NCBI GenBank assembly: GCA_963709885.1
Contig: CAVPXY010000006.1
Coordinates: 93,251 to 157,250 of the forward strand
Origin: an uncultured Solirubrobacteraceae bacterium
GTDB lineage: Bacteria > Actinomycetota > Thermoleophilia > Solirubrobacterales > Solirubrobacteraceae
Direction of reading: 5' to 3'
DNA: 64,000 nt
A model generated the notes under the pieces. That model searched no databases and was not told where the DNA came from. It saw only the letters and a program-made list of their open reading frames with translations. Of the stretch, positions 17,919 to 28,776 are shown piece after piece. Position 1 is the first letter of the stretch. Each line of letters starts with the position of its first letter. Made by a program: the position numbers and the translations under genes.

Positions 17919-19165
17919 ACGATCACAGATCGGCCAGCGTGGAGATCGCCGGGCGCTACCGCCTGCAGAGCCGGCTGGGCTTCGGGGGGATGTCCACCGT
18001 TCACCTCGCCCTCGACCTGCGTCTGGAGCGCCAGGTGGCGGTGAAGCTGTTGGCCGAGCACCTTGCCGAGGACCCCACCTTCGTGTCTCGCTTTCAGCGC
18101 GAGGCGCAGGCCGCGGCGCGCCTGGTCCACCCCAACATCGTGCAGGTGTTCGACTCCGGCCAGGATGAGACCACGGGGCAGTACTTCATCGTGATGGAGT
18201 ACATCGAAGGGTCCTCCTGCGCGGAGATCCTGCGCGACGCCGGCTGGGTCGAGGTGGAGGAGGCCATCTCTATCATCGAACAGGCCTGTGAGGGCCTGCA
18301 CTACGCGCACCGGCACGGCGTGGTCCACCGCGACGTCAAGCCCGGCAACCTGCTGCGAGCGCGCGAAGGCGAGGTGAAGCTGGCTGACTTCGGCATTGCC
18401 AAGGCAACCGAGCAGTCGAGCATCACACAGGTCGGCTCCGTCCTCGGCACCGCCGCCTACCTGGCGCCCGAGCAGGCGCGCGGCGAGGAGGCGGGGCCCA
18501 GCGCCGACCTCTACGCGCTCGGGGTCGTCGCCTACCAGCTCATCTCCGGGCGCCTGCCGTATGAGGCGACCTCGCTCACCGAGCTGGCGCTCAAGCAGCA
18601 ACAGGAAGAGCCGCCTACCCTCGACACGCTTGTCGCCGCGGTCAGCCCCGAGCTGGCCGACGCGGTCGCGATCGCCCTGGCGCTCGACCCACGAGACCGC
18701 TACCAGACCGCCCGCGAGATGGGACACGCACTGAGCGATGGCGTACACGGCGTTGCACCCCCTGAGCGCCCGGCCGGCGGACGCCCGGCTCCCGCCACTC
18801 AGGCCACGAGCGTGCTCGCGAGGAGCGCCGGATCTGGCGGCTCGCGCGGCGCCGAGCGCGCGGGCGCGGCCACCGGCGCGACCACCCCTCGTCAACCTCG
18901 CCCCGGACCGCCCAGAGAGCGGGCGCGCGCGGTCGCCCCGGCCGATTCCTCCGCGTCCCCGAGCCGGCGAGGCGGCGGACGATCTGCGACTTCGCGTCTG
19001 CTTCTGGCCGTGCTTGCGTTGCTCCTACTCGCTGCTGCTGTCGTCGCGGTGGTTCTCATCACCGCGCCCGCGCCAACCAAGGTGACGCTGCGCAATGTCG
19101 TCTACTCGGACGTCCGGCAGACCTCCTCGGCGCTGAAGCAGCTCGTTCTGGAAAACACCAAGTAG
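17915..19165 (+). CDS. Hanks-type Ser/Thr protein kinase with a C-terminal TM and no PASTA domains
   Basis: LGFGGMSTV, VAVK, HRDVKPGN, DFG and GTAAYLAPE. Confidence 0.95.
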   Translation: MNDHRSASVEIAGRYRLQSRLGFGGMSTVHLALDLRLERQVAVKLLAEHLAEDPTFVSRFQREAQAAARLVHPNIVQVFDSGQDETTGQYFIVMEYIEGSSCAEILRDAGWVEVEEAISIIEQACEGLHYAHRHGVVHRDVKPGNLLRAREGEVKLADFGIAKATEQSSITQVGSVLGTAAYLAPEQARGEEAGPSADLYALGVVAYQLISGRLPYEATSLTELALKQQQEEPPTLDTLVAAVSPELADAVAIALALDPRDRYQTAREMGHALSDGVHGVAPPERPAGGRPAPATQATSVLARSAGSGGSRGAERAGAATGATTPRQPRPGPPRERARAVAPADSSASPSRRGGGRSATSRLLLAVLALLLLAAAVVAVVLITAPAPTKVTLRNVVYSDVRQTSSALKQLVLENTK

Positions 19166-19201
19166 GCAGTCGCCTCTGCGGCACCATAGGAGTGCCCGCA
19201 C

Positions 19202-19861
19202 ATGCTCGCCTCCATCGTCGACGTCAGCCACATCGGCTACCCCCTCCTGTTCCTGCTCGTCATGGCCGAGTCCGGCGGTGTCCCCGTCCCCGGTGAGACC
19301 GCGCTCATTACCGGCGCCGTGCTTGCCAGCCGAGGTCAGCTGAAAATCGAGCTCGTCATCGCCCTCGCGGCCGCCGCTGCGATCACGGGTGACAACCTCG
19401 GTTACCTGATAGGTCGCAAGGGAGGGCGCTGGCTGCTCGAGCGACCTGGGCGTTTTCACCGCCAGCGCCTGCAGGTGCTCGCAACCGGGGAGCCCTTCTT
19501 CGAGCGTCACGGGCCCAAGGCCGTGTTCTTTGGGCGCTTTCTGCTCGGCCTGCGCGTGTGGGCATCGTGGCTGGCCGGCGCCACGCACATGCCGTGGAGA
19601 TCGTTCGTGTTCTGGAACGCGTGTGGCGGCATCTGCTGGGCAACCGCCATCGGCCTGCTCGCCTATTCTCTCGGCCAGTCGGCCGGTAACGCGATCCAGG
19701 CGTTCGGCCTCTACGGGGTCGCGGCCCTCCTGCTCGCCGGGGGCGCCGCGCTCGTCGCCCACCGCCGCCATCGTCGCCACATGGCATCGAGGAATGAGAC
19801 GCTGGTGGCCCTTGAGCGAGACGAGGATTCAGACCGGTCTCGCTCGCCAGATATTCGTTGA
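19202..19861 (+). CDS. DedA family membrane protein
   Basis: AESGGVPVPGE, GDNLGYLIGR and FFGRF. Confidence 0.92.
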   Translation: MLASIVDVSHIGYPLLFLLVMAESGGVPVPGETALITGAVLASRGQLKIELVIALAAAAAITGDNLGYLIGRKGGRWLLERPGRFHRQRLQVLATGEPFFERHGPKAVFFGRFLLGLRVWASWLAGATHMPWRSFVFWNACGGICWATAIGLLAYSLGQSAGNAIQAFGLYGVAALLLAGGAALVAHRRHRRHMASRNETLVALERDEDSDRSRSPDIR

Positions 19862-19876
19862 CGACCCTTGGGGAGC

Positions 19877-20377
19877 TCAGCAGGCGGTTGGCTCAGGGCC
19901 ATTGCAGGGCGCTATGCGCTCCCACATGTCTGCCAGGACGCTCAACTCCCCCTCGGAGAAGCGCGCGAGAAAGTGCTCTCTGATTACCGCCAGATGCGTT
20001 CCGCGTGCTTCTTCCAACCGTTCGTGCCCGGTCTGTGTCAGGCAGGCGTATGACCCGCGCGCATCGTGTTCGCAGGAGCATCGCTCCAGTAGCCCATCGC
20101 GCTCCAGGCGATCCACCAGCCGTGTGAGTCCACTGCGCGAGAGCTGCGCTCGCTCAGCCAGGTCACACATGCGCATGCGCCCCCCGCTGGCTTCCTCCAG
20201 ATGGCGCAGCACCTCATAGGAGGTCATCGGCAGCCTGTGCGCCTGATCGAGCTCGGCGTCCAATCGCTTGGCCAGACACGTGTGCGCACGCAACAGGCCC
20301 CGCCAGGCGCGCATCTCTCCCACGGTGAGGGTCTCTTGCTCCCGGGGGGGAACCTTGACGGCGGTCGCGATCGACAT
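19877..20377 (-). CDS. MarR family transcriptional regulator
   Basis: LSRSGLTRLVDRLERDG and DARG winged-helix motifs; several Cys. Confidence 0.9.
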   Translation of the reverse strand: MSIATAVKVPPREQETLTVGEMRAWRGLLRAHTCLAKRLDAELDQAHRLPMTSYEVLRHLEEASGGRMRMCDLAERAQLSRSGLTRLVDRLERDGLLERCSCEHDARGSYACLTQTGHERLEEARGTHLAVIREHFLARFSEGELSVLADMWERIAPCNGPEPTAC

Positions 20378-20472
20378 GGCGGTCTGAACGTAAAGCCTTT
20401 CTCAAACGAACATAGCAGCGTCGAAAGCCGCTACGTGGGAGCGTCGGCCGGCAGGTCGCCCATCAATCAGGT

Positions 20473-22068
20473 TCATCGCCCCTCCAGCAACGAGCGACCG
20501 GTCATCTGGGGGGGCTGCTCGATCCCCAGCAGATCCAGCACGGTGGGCGCCACGTCCGCCAGGATGCCGCCCCGCTCGCGGAGGGACACCCCCGGGAGGG
20601 TCACGATCAACGGCACCGGGTTCAGCGAGTGCGCGGTGTTGGGGCTGCCGTCCGGCTCGAGCATGTGATCGGCGTTGCCGTGATCGGCGGTCACCACGCA
20701 CACCCCACCGGCGTCGCGCACCGCCGCCACCACCTCATCGAGGCACCCATCCACGGTCTCGATGGCCTTCACCGCCGCTTCGATCACGCCGGTGTGCCCG
20801 ACCATATCGGCGTTCGCGAAGTTGATGATCGCGAACCGTGGCCGATCCTCTCTCCAGGCGCTCACGAACGCGCCGGCAGCCTCGCGCGCACTCATCTGCG
20901 GCTTGTGGTCGTATGTCGGCACGTCCCGCGGCGAATCCACCAGCTCGCGCCGCTCGCCCAGGAGCTGGGCCTCCTCGCCACCGTTGAAGAAGTAGGTGAC
21001 GTGCGGATACTTCTCGGTCTCGGCCACGTGCAGCTGTAAGGCGCCGGCCTGCGCGAGCACCACCGAAAGCGTCGTCTGCGGGCGCTCCGGCAGGAAGGCG
21101 ACAGGGTAGGGCCAGCCCTCCTCGTACTCGGTGAAGGTCGCGTAGCGCACTATCGGCGCCGCACCCCCCCGGCCGGTCCAGCCGGGAAGCTCCTCTGAGC
21201 CCTCAGCGTTTTCACCGGCGCCCTCCCCAAACCCGAACTCGGCGAGCGCCCTCGTCAGCTGGCGCATGCGGTCGGGCCTGAAGTTGAACGCGATCACGCT
21301 GTCGCGCGGTCGGATCCTGGCCTCCTCGCCGACAAGCGTCGGCTCGATGAACTCATCCGTTTCCCCCCTCTCATAGGCCTCGGACACAGCCCGCTCGCCG
21401 CTGGGCGCATGGTGCGGCGCCTGTCCGTGCACGAGCATGTCGTAGGCCCGCTGGGTCCGTTCCCAGCGGCGGTCGCGGTCCATCGCCCAGTAGCGTCCGA
21501 CCACCGACCCCACCCTGACGGCGGGGGCGCGGTCGAGCTCGGCGAGATATCCGGCGCCGGCGTGCGGCAGCGTGTCGCGCCCGTCGGTGAACGCGTGCAC
21601 CACCAGATCCTCGACCCCCAGCGCGCGCCCCATCCCGATCAGCGCCCGCAGATGTTCAAGCGAGGAGTGCACCCCGCCGTCGGACACGAGCCCCAGCACG
21701 TGCACCCTTGCGGGCGGCCCCCACCCGCTCTGACCCGTGAACGCCTCCCTCAGGACCTCATTCTCGGCAAATGAGCCATCGGCGATCGCGTCATCGATAC
21801 GCACGAGGTCCTGACGCACCACCGCGCCGGCGCCCAGGTTCAGATGCCCCACCTCCGAGTTGCCCATCTGCCCGTCGGGCAGCCCCACCGCCTTCCCGCA
21901 GGCCACGAGTGTCGTGTGTGGGAAGGTCTCCCAGAGGGTGTCGAACGCCGGCGTGCGCGCGAGCGATACGGCATTGCCGGGTCCAGGCTCCGCCAGCCCC
22001 CATCCGTCCAGCACCACCAGGCAGGCGCAGGGCGCGGGCAGGCTCGGGGGGCCGGGGGGATCGGTCAT
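20473..22068 (-). CDS. gpmI: 2,3-bisphosphoglycerate-independent phosphoglycerate mutase
   Basis: LDGWG, GQMGNSEVGH, SDGGVHS, AETEKYPHVT and DMVGHTG; ATG 22068 overlaps the tpiA stop. Confidence 0.96.
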   Translation of the reverse strand: MTDPPGPPSLPAPCACLVVLDGWGLAEPGPGNAVSLARTPAFDTLWETFPHTTLVACGKAVGLPDGQMGNSEVGHLNLGAGAVVRQDLVRIDDAIADGSFAENEVLREAFTGQSGWGPPARVHVLGLVSDGGVHSSLEHLRALIGMGRALGVEDLVVHAFTDGRDTLPHAGAGYLAELDRAPAVRVGSVVGRYWAMDRDRRWERTQRAYDMLVHGQAPHHAPSGERAVSEAYERGETDEFIEPTLVGEEARIRPRDSVIAFNFRPDRMRQLTRALAEFGFGEGAGENAEGSEELPGWTGRGGAAPIVRYATFTEYEEGWPYPVAFLPERPQTTLSVVLAQAGALQLHVAETEKYPHVTYFFNGGEEAQLLGERRELVDSPRDVPTYDHKPQMSAREAAGAFVSAWREDRPRFAIINFANADMVGHTGVIEAAVKAIETVDGCLDEVVAAVRDAGGVCVVTADHGNADHMLEPDGSPNTAHSLNPVPLIVTLPGVSLRERGGILADVAPTVLDLLGIEQPPQMTGRSLLEGR

Positions 22069-22826
22069 CTCGCGGCGAACGCGACGATCTGCGCGAAAGC
22101 GCCCGCCTGCAGCGATGCGCCGCCCACGAGCGCCCCGTTGACGTCTTTGAGGGCCAAGAGCTCGGCCGCGTTCTCCGGCTTCACCGATCCCCCGTACAGG
22201 ATCCGCACGCTTTCGGCCGCCCCGCTGTCGCGATCGCCCACGAGCGCCCGAATGAACGCGATCGCCTCCTGCGCTTGCTCCGGGGTCGCCACCCTGCCGG
22301 TGCCGATCGCCCATATCGGCTCATAGGCGATCACCACCTCCGCCAGCCGCTCGGCCGGCACACCCGCGAGGTCCTCCTTGATCTGCTGGCGCAACTTGCG
22401 GTCGGTTTCGTCATTGTCGCGCTCGGCCTCGGTCTCGCCCACGCACAGGATCGGACTCAATCCTGCCCCCAGCGCAGCGGGCACCTTCAAGGCGAGCGCC
22501 CGGTCGGTCTCACCGAAGAGCTCTCGCCGCTCGGAGTGACCGAGCACGACCCCGTGCACGCCCACCTCGCTCAGCATCCCAACTGACACCTCACCGGTGA
22601 ACGCACCCTCGGGCTCCTGGTGTGAGTTCTGCGCGTAGACCTCAACGCGCGATCCCCTCGCGCTGTCAACCATCGCCTGCAGGGCGGTGAACGGCACGCA
22701 GATCGCGACATCCACGCTGTCCACCGCCGAGACTGCCGGCAACAGCGCCTGGATGTACTCCTCGGCCTGCGCCACGGTCTTGTGCATCTTCCAGTTGCCC
22801 GCTATCAGCGGCGTCGGGTCGGTCAC
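22065..22826 (-). CDS. tpiA: Triosephosphate isomerase
   Basis: AGNWKM, GHSERR, AYEPIWAIGTG and YGGSV. Confidence 0.98.
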   Translation of the reverse strand: MTDPTPLIAGNWKMHKTVAQAEEYIQALLPAVSAVDSVDVAICVPFTALQAMVDSARGSRVEVYAQNSHQEPEGAFTGEVSVGMLSEVGVHGVVLGHSERRELFGETDRALALKVPAALGAGLSPILCVGETEAERDNDETDRKLRQQIKEDLAGVPAERLAEVVIAYEPIWAIGTGRVATPEQAQEAIAFIRALVGDRDSGAAESVRILYGGSVKPENAAELLALKDVNGALVGGASLQAGAFAQIVAFAAR

Positions 22827-24028
22827 GAAGCCACGCCCGCGCCCTGGAGCACCTGCACACCCGGGAGGGTCTGGCCCTCCAGCAGCGCAAGCGTCGCCCC
22901 TCCGCCCGTGGAGAGGTGATCGACGGCGTGCTCCAGCCCGAACCGCGCCAGCGCCGCGGCCGAGTCCCCGCCCCCGACCACCGTCACGCCTTTCGCTTTC
23001 GCGACCGCCTCCGCCACCGTTCGCGTCCCCGACGCGAACGGCTCCAGCTCGAAGGCGCCCATCGGCCCGTTCCAGAACACGGTCCCCGCCCGCGCGATCT
23101 CGCGAGCGTAACGCTCTGCAGTGGACGGACCGATGTCCAGACCCATCCAGCCCCTCGGCACCTCCACGCCGCCCAGCACACGATGCTCGGCGTCCTGCGC
23201 CAAGCGATCTCCGATCACCAGGTCGCTGGGCGTCATCACCGAGGCCCGCCCCGGCCTGACGGCCTGCGCCAATAGACCGCGCGCATGCTCGGTGTCCTCA
23301 TCCTCACAGAGCGACTCACCCACCCTGTGGCCCTGAGCGCAGAGGAACGGAAAGCACATCGCACCGCCGATCATCAGCACGTCGGCGACCTCCAGGAAGC
23401 GGTCGATCAGGCCGATCTTGTCGGCCACCTTGGCTCCGCCGATGATCACCGCAAGGGGGCGGTCCGGCGTGTGCATGATCTTTGTGAGCGTCAGCACCTC
23501 GCGTTCCAGCAGGCGTCCCGCAGCGCTCGGCAGCAGGTGCGCAACCCCCTCGGTGCTCGCGTGGGCGCGGTGGGCCACTCCAAAGGCATCATCCACATAG
23601 GCATCCGCCAGCTGCGCCAGCGCGGCAGCAAAATCCGGATCGTTCGTCGTCTCGCCCTCCTCGAAGCGCACGTTCTCCAGCACGAGCACATCACCCCTCC
23701 CGAGCTTCTCGGTGAGCGTCCTCACCTCATCGCCGACAACCGCCGGCGCGAGCGTCACCTTCGCGTCGGTCAGCCCTCGCAGGCGCTCCGCGACCGGCGC
23801 CATTGACAGCCGCTCATCGCGCTCGCCTTTCGGGCGGCCAAGGTGAGACACCAGCACCAGCCTCGCCCCACGCGAACGCAACTCCTCGATCGTTCCCAGC
23901 GCCGCCATGATCCGCGTGTCGTCGGCCACCTCACGCTCGCCGTCCGCGCCCGTGCCCATCGGCACGTTGAGGTCGAGCCGCACCAGCACCCGCTTGCCGC
24001 TCACGTCCAACTCGTCAAGGCTTCTCAT
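22823..24028 (-). CDS. pgk: Phosphoglycerate kinase
   Basis: RLDLNVP, SHLGRP, WNGPMG, GGGDS and STGGGA. Confidence 0.98.
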   Translation of the reverse strand: MRSLDELDVSGKRVLVRLDLNVPMGTGADGEREVADDTRIMAALGTIEELRSRGARLVLVSHLGRPKGERDERLSMAPVAERLRGLTDAKVTLAPAVVGDEVRTLTEKLGRGDVLVLENVRFEEGETTNDPDFAAALAQLADAYVDDAFGVAHRAHASTEGVAHLLPSAAGRLLEREVLTLTKIMHTPDRPLAVIIGGAKVADKIGLIDRFLEVADVLMIGGAMCFPFLCAQGHRVGESLCEDEDTEHARGLLAQAVRPGRASVMTPSDLVIGDRLAQDAEHRVLGGVEVPRGWMGLDIGPSTAERYAREIARAGTVFWNGPMGAFELEPFASGTRTVAEAVAKAKGVTVVGGGDSAAALARFGLEHAVDHLSTGGGATLALLEGQTLPGVQVLQGAGVAS

Positions 24029-24111
24029 CGGCTCACCCCTCGCTGTTCTCGTGGTCCGTCACGATATCCCCCTCGACAAACCACTGTCCGTGAGCCCCCG
24101 CCCCCGTGCGC

Positions 24112-25128
<1,017 letters not shown>

Positions 25129-25285
25129 TCACTGCCTCCTGAACCGAGAATGAACGATGCCGGCCTCGGGAGCGTGGCCCCGGCGCCCAGCGAGGGGAAG
25201 GCTATCAGCGGGCTGCCGCGTGAACGCCCCGGCGGGACCCGCGCACCGAAAGACCCGGCGGAGGATGCGAGCAGGCCCCGGTCAC

Positions 25286-26251
25286 TCAGGAGCCCCGCGG
25301 ACGCTCCTCGATGTCCCGATGGGCGACCGCAACGTCGAACTCGTCGTGGTCGCGGTAGCGCTCGGCAAGGTGCTCGGCGATAGCGACCGATCGATGGCGT
25401 CCGCCGGTGCAGCCGATCGCGATCACCAGGTGCGCCTTGCCCTCGGCGACATACTGCGCCAGCAGGAAGTCCAGCAGCGCGTGCAGCCTTACGTAAAGCT
25501 CCTCCAACCGTCCATCGCGCGCGATGTAGTCCACGACGCGCTCGTCGTGGCCTGTCAGCTCGCGCAGCTCCGGCTCGTAGTGCGGGTTCGCCAAGAAACG
25601 CACGTCGAACGCCAGGTCCTCCCCCCGGGGTGGCCCGTGCTTGAAGCCGAAGCTCATGAACGTCAGCGCCAGCCGACCGCCGGCCTTACCGGGCAGAAGA
25701 TCCGCGGCGATCTTCTGCCTGAGCGTCGCCGCGGACATGCCGGTGGTGTCGATCACGAGGTCCGCACGACCGCGCAACGGCTCGAGCAGAGCCCGCTCGG
25801 AGGCAACTCCCTCGGCTACGCTGCCGTCAGGTGCAAGGGGATGGCGGCGGCGGGTCTCCTTATAGCGGGTCACGAGCGTCTGCTCGGCCGCCTCGAGAAA
25901 CAGCACGTGGTGGCTCAGCCCGAGCGCGTCGAGATCGTCCACCACCGCCCGCAGCGACTCGAAGTACACGCCCCCGCGAACATCCGAGACGACCGCGGCG
26001 CGCTCGACCTTGGAACCCTCGTGCACGAACAGGTCCACCAGCGAGCGGATCATCTCTGGGGGCAGGTTGTCGACGCAGAAGTACCCAGCGTCCTCGAACA
26101 CGTTCATCGCGGTCGACTTGCCCGCCCCGGAGAAGCCCGTGATCACCACGAGGTCCTGCAGGCGCGACACCGCGGCCGACTCACCGGACGCCACAGGCGA
26201 TTTCCTATCTGCCGCGACGCGCGGCCGACGCGGGGGCCTGATCACGGCCAT
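25286..26251 (-). CDS. rapZ: RNase adapter RapZ (YvcJ) family P-loop protein
   Basis: GFSGAGKS, CVDNLP, SFGFKHG and GCTGGRHRS; start uncertain. Confidence 0.95.
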   Translation of the reverse strand: MAVIRPPRRPRVAADRKSPVASGESAAVSRLQDLVVITGFSGAGKSTAMNVFEDAGYFCVDNLPPEMIRSLVDLFVHEGSKVERAAVVSDVRGGVYFESLRAVVDDLDALGLSHHVLFLEAAEQTLVTRYKETRRRHPLAPDGSVAEGVASERALLEPLRGRADLVIDTTGMSAATLRQKIAADLLPGKAGGRLALTFMSFGFKHGPPRGEDLAFDVRFLANPHYEPELRELTGHDERVVDYIARDGRLEELYVRLHALLDFLLAQYVAEGKAHLVIAIGCTGGRHRSVAIAEHLAERYRDHDEFDVAVAHRDIEERPRGS

Positions 26252-26308
26252 CACCAATCCATTGTGCCCTGTCCGCCGGACAGTCCCGCCGGTTTCCCGT
26301 CGGCCGGC

Positions 26309-28210
26309 TCAGCCTGCGCGGTGCAGATGACCGTACAACTCCCGCGCCACCTTCGCCGGCAGGCCGGGCACCGCCTGCAGTTCCTCGCTCGAGGCTGACA
26401 CGATCGCCTCGGGCGAGCCGAAGTGCGTGAGCAGCGCGCGCTTGCGCGCCGGCCCCACCCCCGGCAACTCGTCGAGCAGCGAGCCCGTCATCGCCCGGTC
26501 GCGTCTTGTGCGGTGATGGGTTACGGCGAAGCGGTGCGCCTCGTCGCGCACTCGTTGCAGCAGCTGCAGAGCGGGCGTGGAGTGGTCGAGCGCCAGCGGC
26601 GTTGGACGCCCGGGGATGAACAGCTCCTCTATACGCTTGGCCAGCGAGACCACCGCCACGCCGCGGTCACGAAACCCGCGCAGGGCCGCGAGCCCAGCGG
26701 CGAGCTGGCCCTTGCCGCCGTCGATCACCACAACGTTTGGCAGCGAGCCAAAGCTCGCGTCATATGCAGGGTCGTGCGGGGAGATGTCGGCCTGGCGCTC
26801 CCATTGCGCGAGGCGCCGGCCGAGGACCTCCGCCATCGCGGCGTAGTCGTCGGAGGACTGGTCCAGCGTGCGGATCGTGAAGCGGCGGTAGTCGGCCTTC
26901 TTCGGCGCCCCGCCCTCGAACACGACCATCGAGGCCACCGTGTGCGTGCCGCCGAGGTTGGAGATGTCAAAGCACTCGATCCGGATCGGGGGAACATCCA
27001 GGCCAAGGGCCTGTTGCAAACCTTCGAGCGCCTCCACTCGACCCTGGCGGCGACGCTCGGAGCGCAGGCGCTCCTGGTCCAGGGCGAGGCGGGCGTTCCG
27101 TTCTGCCAGCTCGAGAATCCTGCGCTTCTCGCCACGCTCGGCGGCGCGCAGCTCGACCGGTCCCCCCCGCCGTCTGGCAAGCGCGTCGGCGAGCGCCGCG
27201 TGCTCGGCCAGATCGCGCTGCACCACGAGGAGCGCGGGGATCGACATGTGTCCGCCGTAGTACTGCAGCATGAACTCCTCCGCCACCTCCCCCACCTCCC
27301 TCTCGGTCTCATTCGAGAGGTAGAACGACTGGCGGTCCGAGAGCACTCCATCGCGCACCTGGAAGACCTGCGCGTTGGCCTCCCTCCCGTCGACGGCCAC
27401 CGCCACGGCGTCGAGCGTGCCCACCGACTCGTTGGCCACGCGCCTACGCTCGAGCAGCGAATGCACTGCCCGCAGACGGTTGCGCTCCAGCGTGGCCTGC
27501 TCGAATTCCTCCGTCGCCGCCGCCTCGCGCATGCGCTTGTCGAGGTCGCGCTCGATCGCGGTGAAGCGCCCGGAGAGGAAGTCGATCACGCCGTCGATGC
27601 TCGCGCGGTAGTCCTTCTCCGAGACGTAGTCCACGCAAGGCGCCTCGCAGCGCTTGATGTAGTAGTCAAGGCACGGGCTGCCGCTGCGCCGGCCCGGCTC
27701 GGGGCCGGTGCAGGAGCGGAACATGAACACCTTCGCCAGCACCTCGAGCGTCCCCCGCACCCGCTTGGCATTCGAGTAGGGACCGAAATAGGCCCGCCCA
27801 GAGCGGTGGCGCTCGCGTGTGAAGTACACCCGCGGGAACTTCTCGTCGAGAGAGATCGCGATGAACGGGTAGGACTTGTCGTCGCGCAGCCTGATGTTGA
27901 AGCGAGGCCGGTACTGCTTGACGAAGCTCTGCTCGGCCAGAAGGGCCTCCGCCTCGGTGGCCACCACGACGCACTCGACGTGCTCGACGCTCGCCACCAT
28001 CTCGGCATGACCCGGGCTGCTCGGCACCTGGGCCTTCGAGAAGTGCGACGCCACCCGCTTGCGCACCGACTTCGCCTTGCCGACGTACACCACGCGGCCC
28101 CGCCCGTCCCTGAACAGGTACACACCGGGCTGGTCGGGCAGCGCGCGACGCTGCTCGGCGAGGCTCGCCTTCGCGTCCCCGCTGTCCAGCAATGTCTCGG
28201 TCGCCGCCAT
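26309..28210 (-). CDS. uvrC: Excinuclease ABC subunit C
   Basis: GIY-YIG (PGVYLF...YVGKAK), ECFDISN, IDGGKGQ, RDEAHRFA and a C-terminal HhH. TATCCT lies 7 nt before ATG 28210. Confidence 0.97.
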   Translation of the reverse strand: MAATETLLDSGDAKASLAEQRRALPDQPGVYLFRDGRGRVVYVGKAKSVRKRVASHFSKAQVPSSPGHAEMVASVEHVECVVVATEAEALLAEQSFVKQYRPRFNIRLRDDKSYPFIAISLDEKFPRVYFTRERHRSGRAYFGPYSNAKRVRGTLEVLAKVFMFRSCTGPEPGRRSGSPCLDYYIKRCEAPCVDYVSEKDYRASIDGVIDFLSGRFTAIERDLDKRMREAAATEEFEQATLERNRLRAVHSLLERRRVANESVGTLDAVAVAVDGREANAQVFQVRDGVLSDRQSFYLSNETEREVGEVAEEFMLQYYGGHMSIPALLVVQRDLAEHAALADALARRRGGPVELRAAERGEKRRILELAERNARLALDQERLRSERRRQGRVEALEGLQQALGLDVPPIRIECFDISNLGGTHTVASMVVFEGGAPKKADYRRFTIRTLDQSSDDYAAMAEVLGRRLAQWERQADISPHDPAYDASFGSLPNVVVIDGGKGQLAAGLAALRGFRDRGVAVVSLAKRIEELFIPGRPTPLALDHSTPALQLLQRVRDEAHRFAVTHHRTRRDRAMTGSLLDELPGVGPARKRALLTHFGSPEAIVSASSEELQAVPGLPAKVARELYGHLHRAG

Positions 28211-28289
28211 CCACCCGAGGATACGAGGCGCCAAAGCGCCGCCCACCACACGACGATAGGGCGCCCGACGGGCGCGCACGCACGGCCCG

Positions 28290-28649
28290 TCAGTAGGTGC
28301 GCCAGTGGCGGTACACGACGAGGAGGACATAGATAACGAGGCCGCTCAGGGCAAACCACGCGAGCTCGCCGAGACCGGTCGCCCACATTCGCTGCCGGGC
28401 CGTCGCCAAGAACACGCCGCCGGCGAGCGCCCCGTACAGCAACCCTCGGTGACTGTCGCCGAGCCCATGCAGCGCGATCCGCTGTTCGCGGTACAGGCGC
28501 AGCAGGAAATAGGCGATTCCGATACCGAAGGCCACCCACAGCACGGCTTCGAACGTGCTGGCCGCGCGTCCCCCCCCGGGCAGGAAGTAGACTGCCGCGG
28601 CGATCGCCAAGACGATCGCGACGTTACGCGCGGTCTTCACCAGGTCCAT
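28290..28649 (-). CDS. Hypothetical membrane protein (about 4 TM)
   Basis: 119 aa hydrophobic ORF; TAGACT 6 nt before the ATG. Confidence 0.75.
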   Translation of the reverse strand: MDLVKTARNVAIVLAIAAAVYFLPGGGRAASTFEAVLWVAFGIGIAYFLLRLYREQRIALHGLGDSHRGLLYGALAGGVFLATARQRMWATGLGELAWFALSGLVIYVLLVVYRHWRTY

Positions 28650-28684
28650 GCGAGAAGTCTAAGGGTCCATGCGAGAAGTCTAAG
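28643..28684 (-). repeat. Perfect 21-bp tandem duplication containing a -10 box and a start codon
   Basis: Minus strand reads CTTAGACTTCTCGCATGGACC twice. Confidence 0.9.
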
Positions 28685-28776
28685 CGTGGCTCGGAAGGTT
28701 GCTGCTCATCAGGCCCTCATTGGGAGGCTCGTTCGGTCGATGGCCTGGAACCCCCAGGCTATTCCGTTCATGACAT

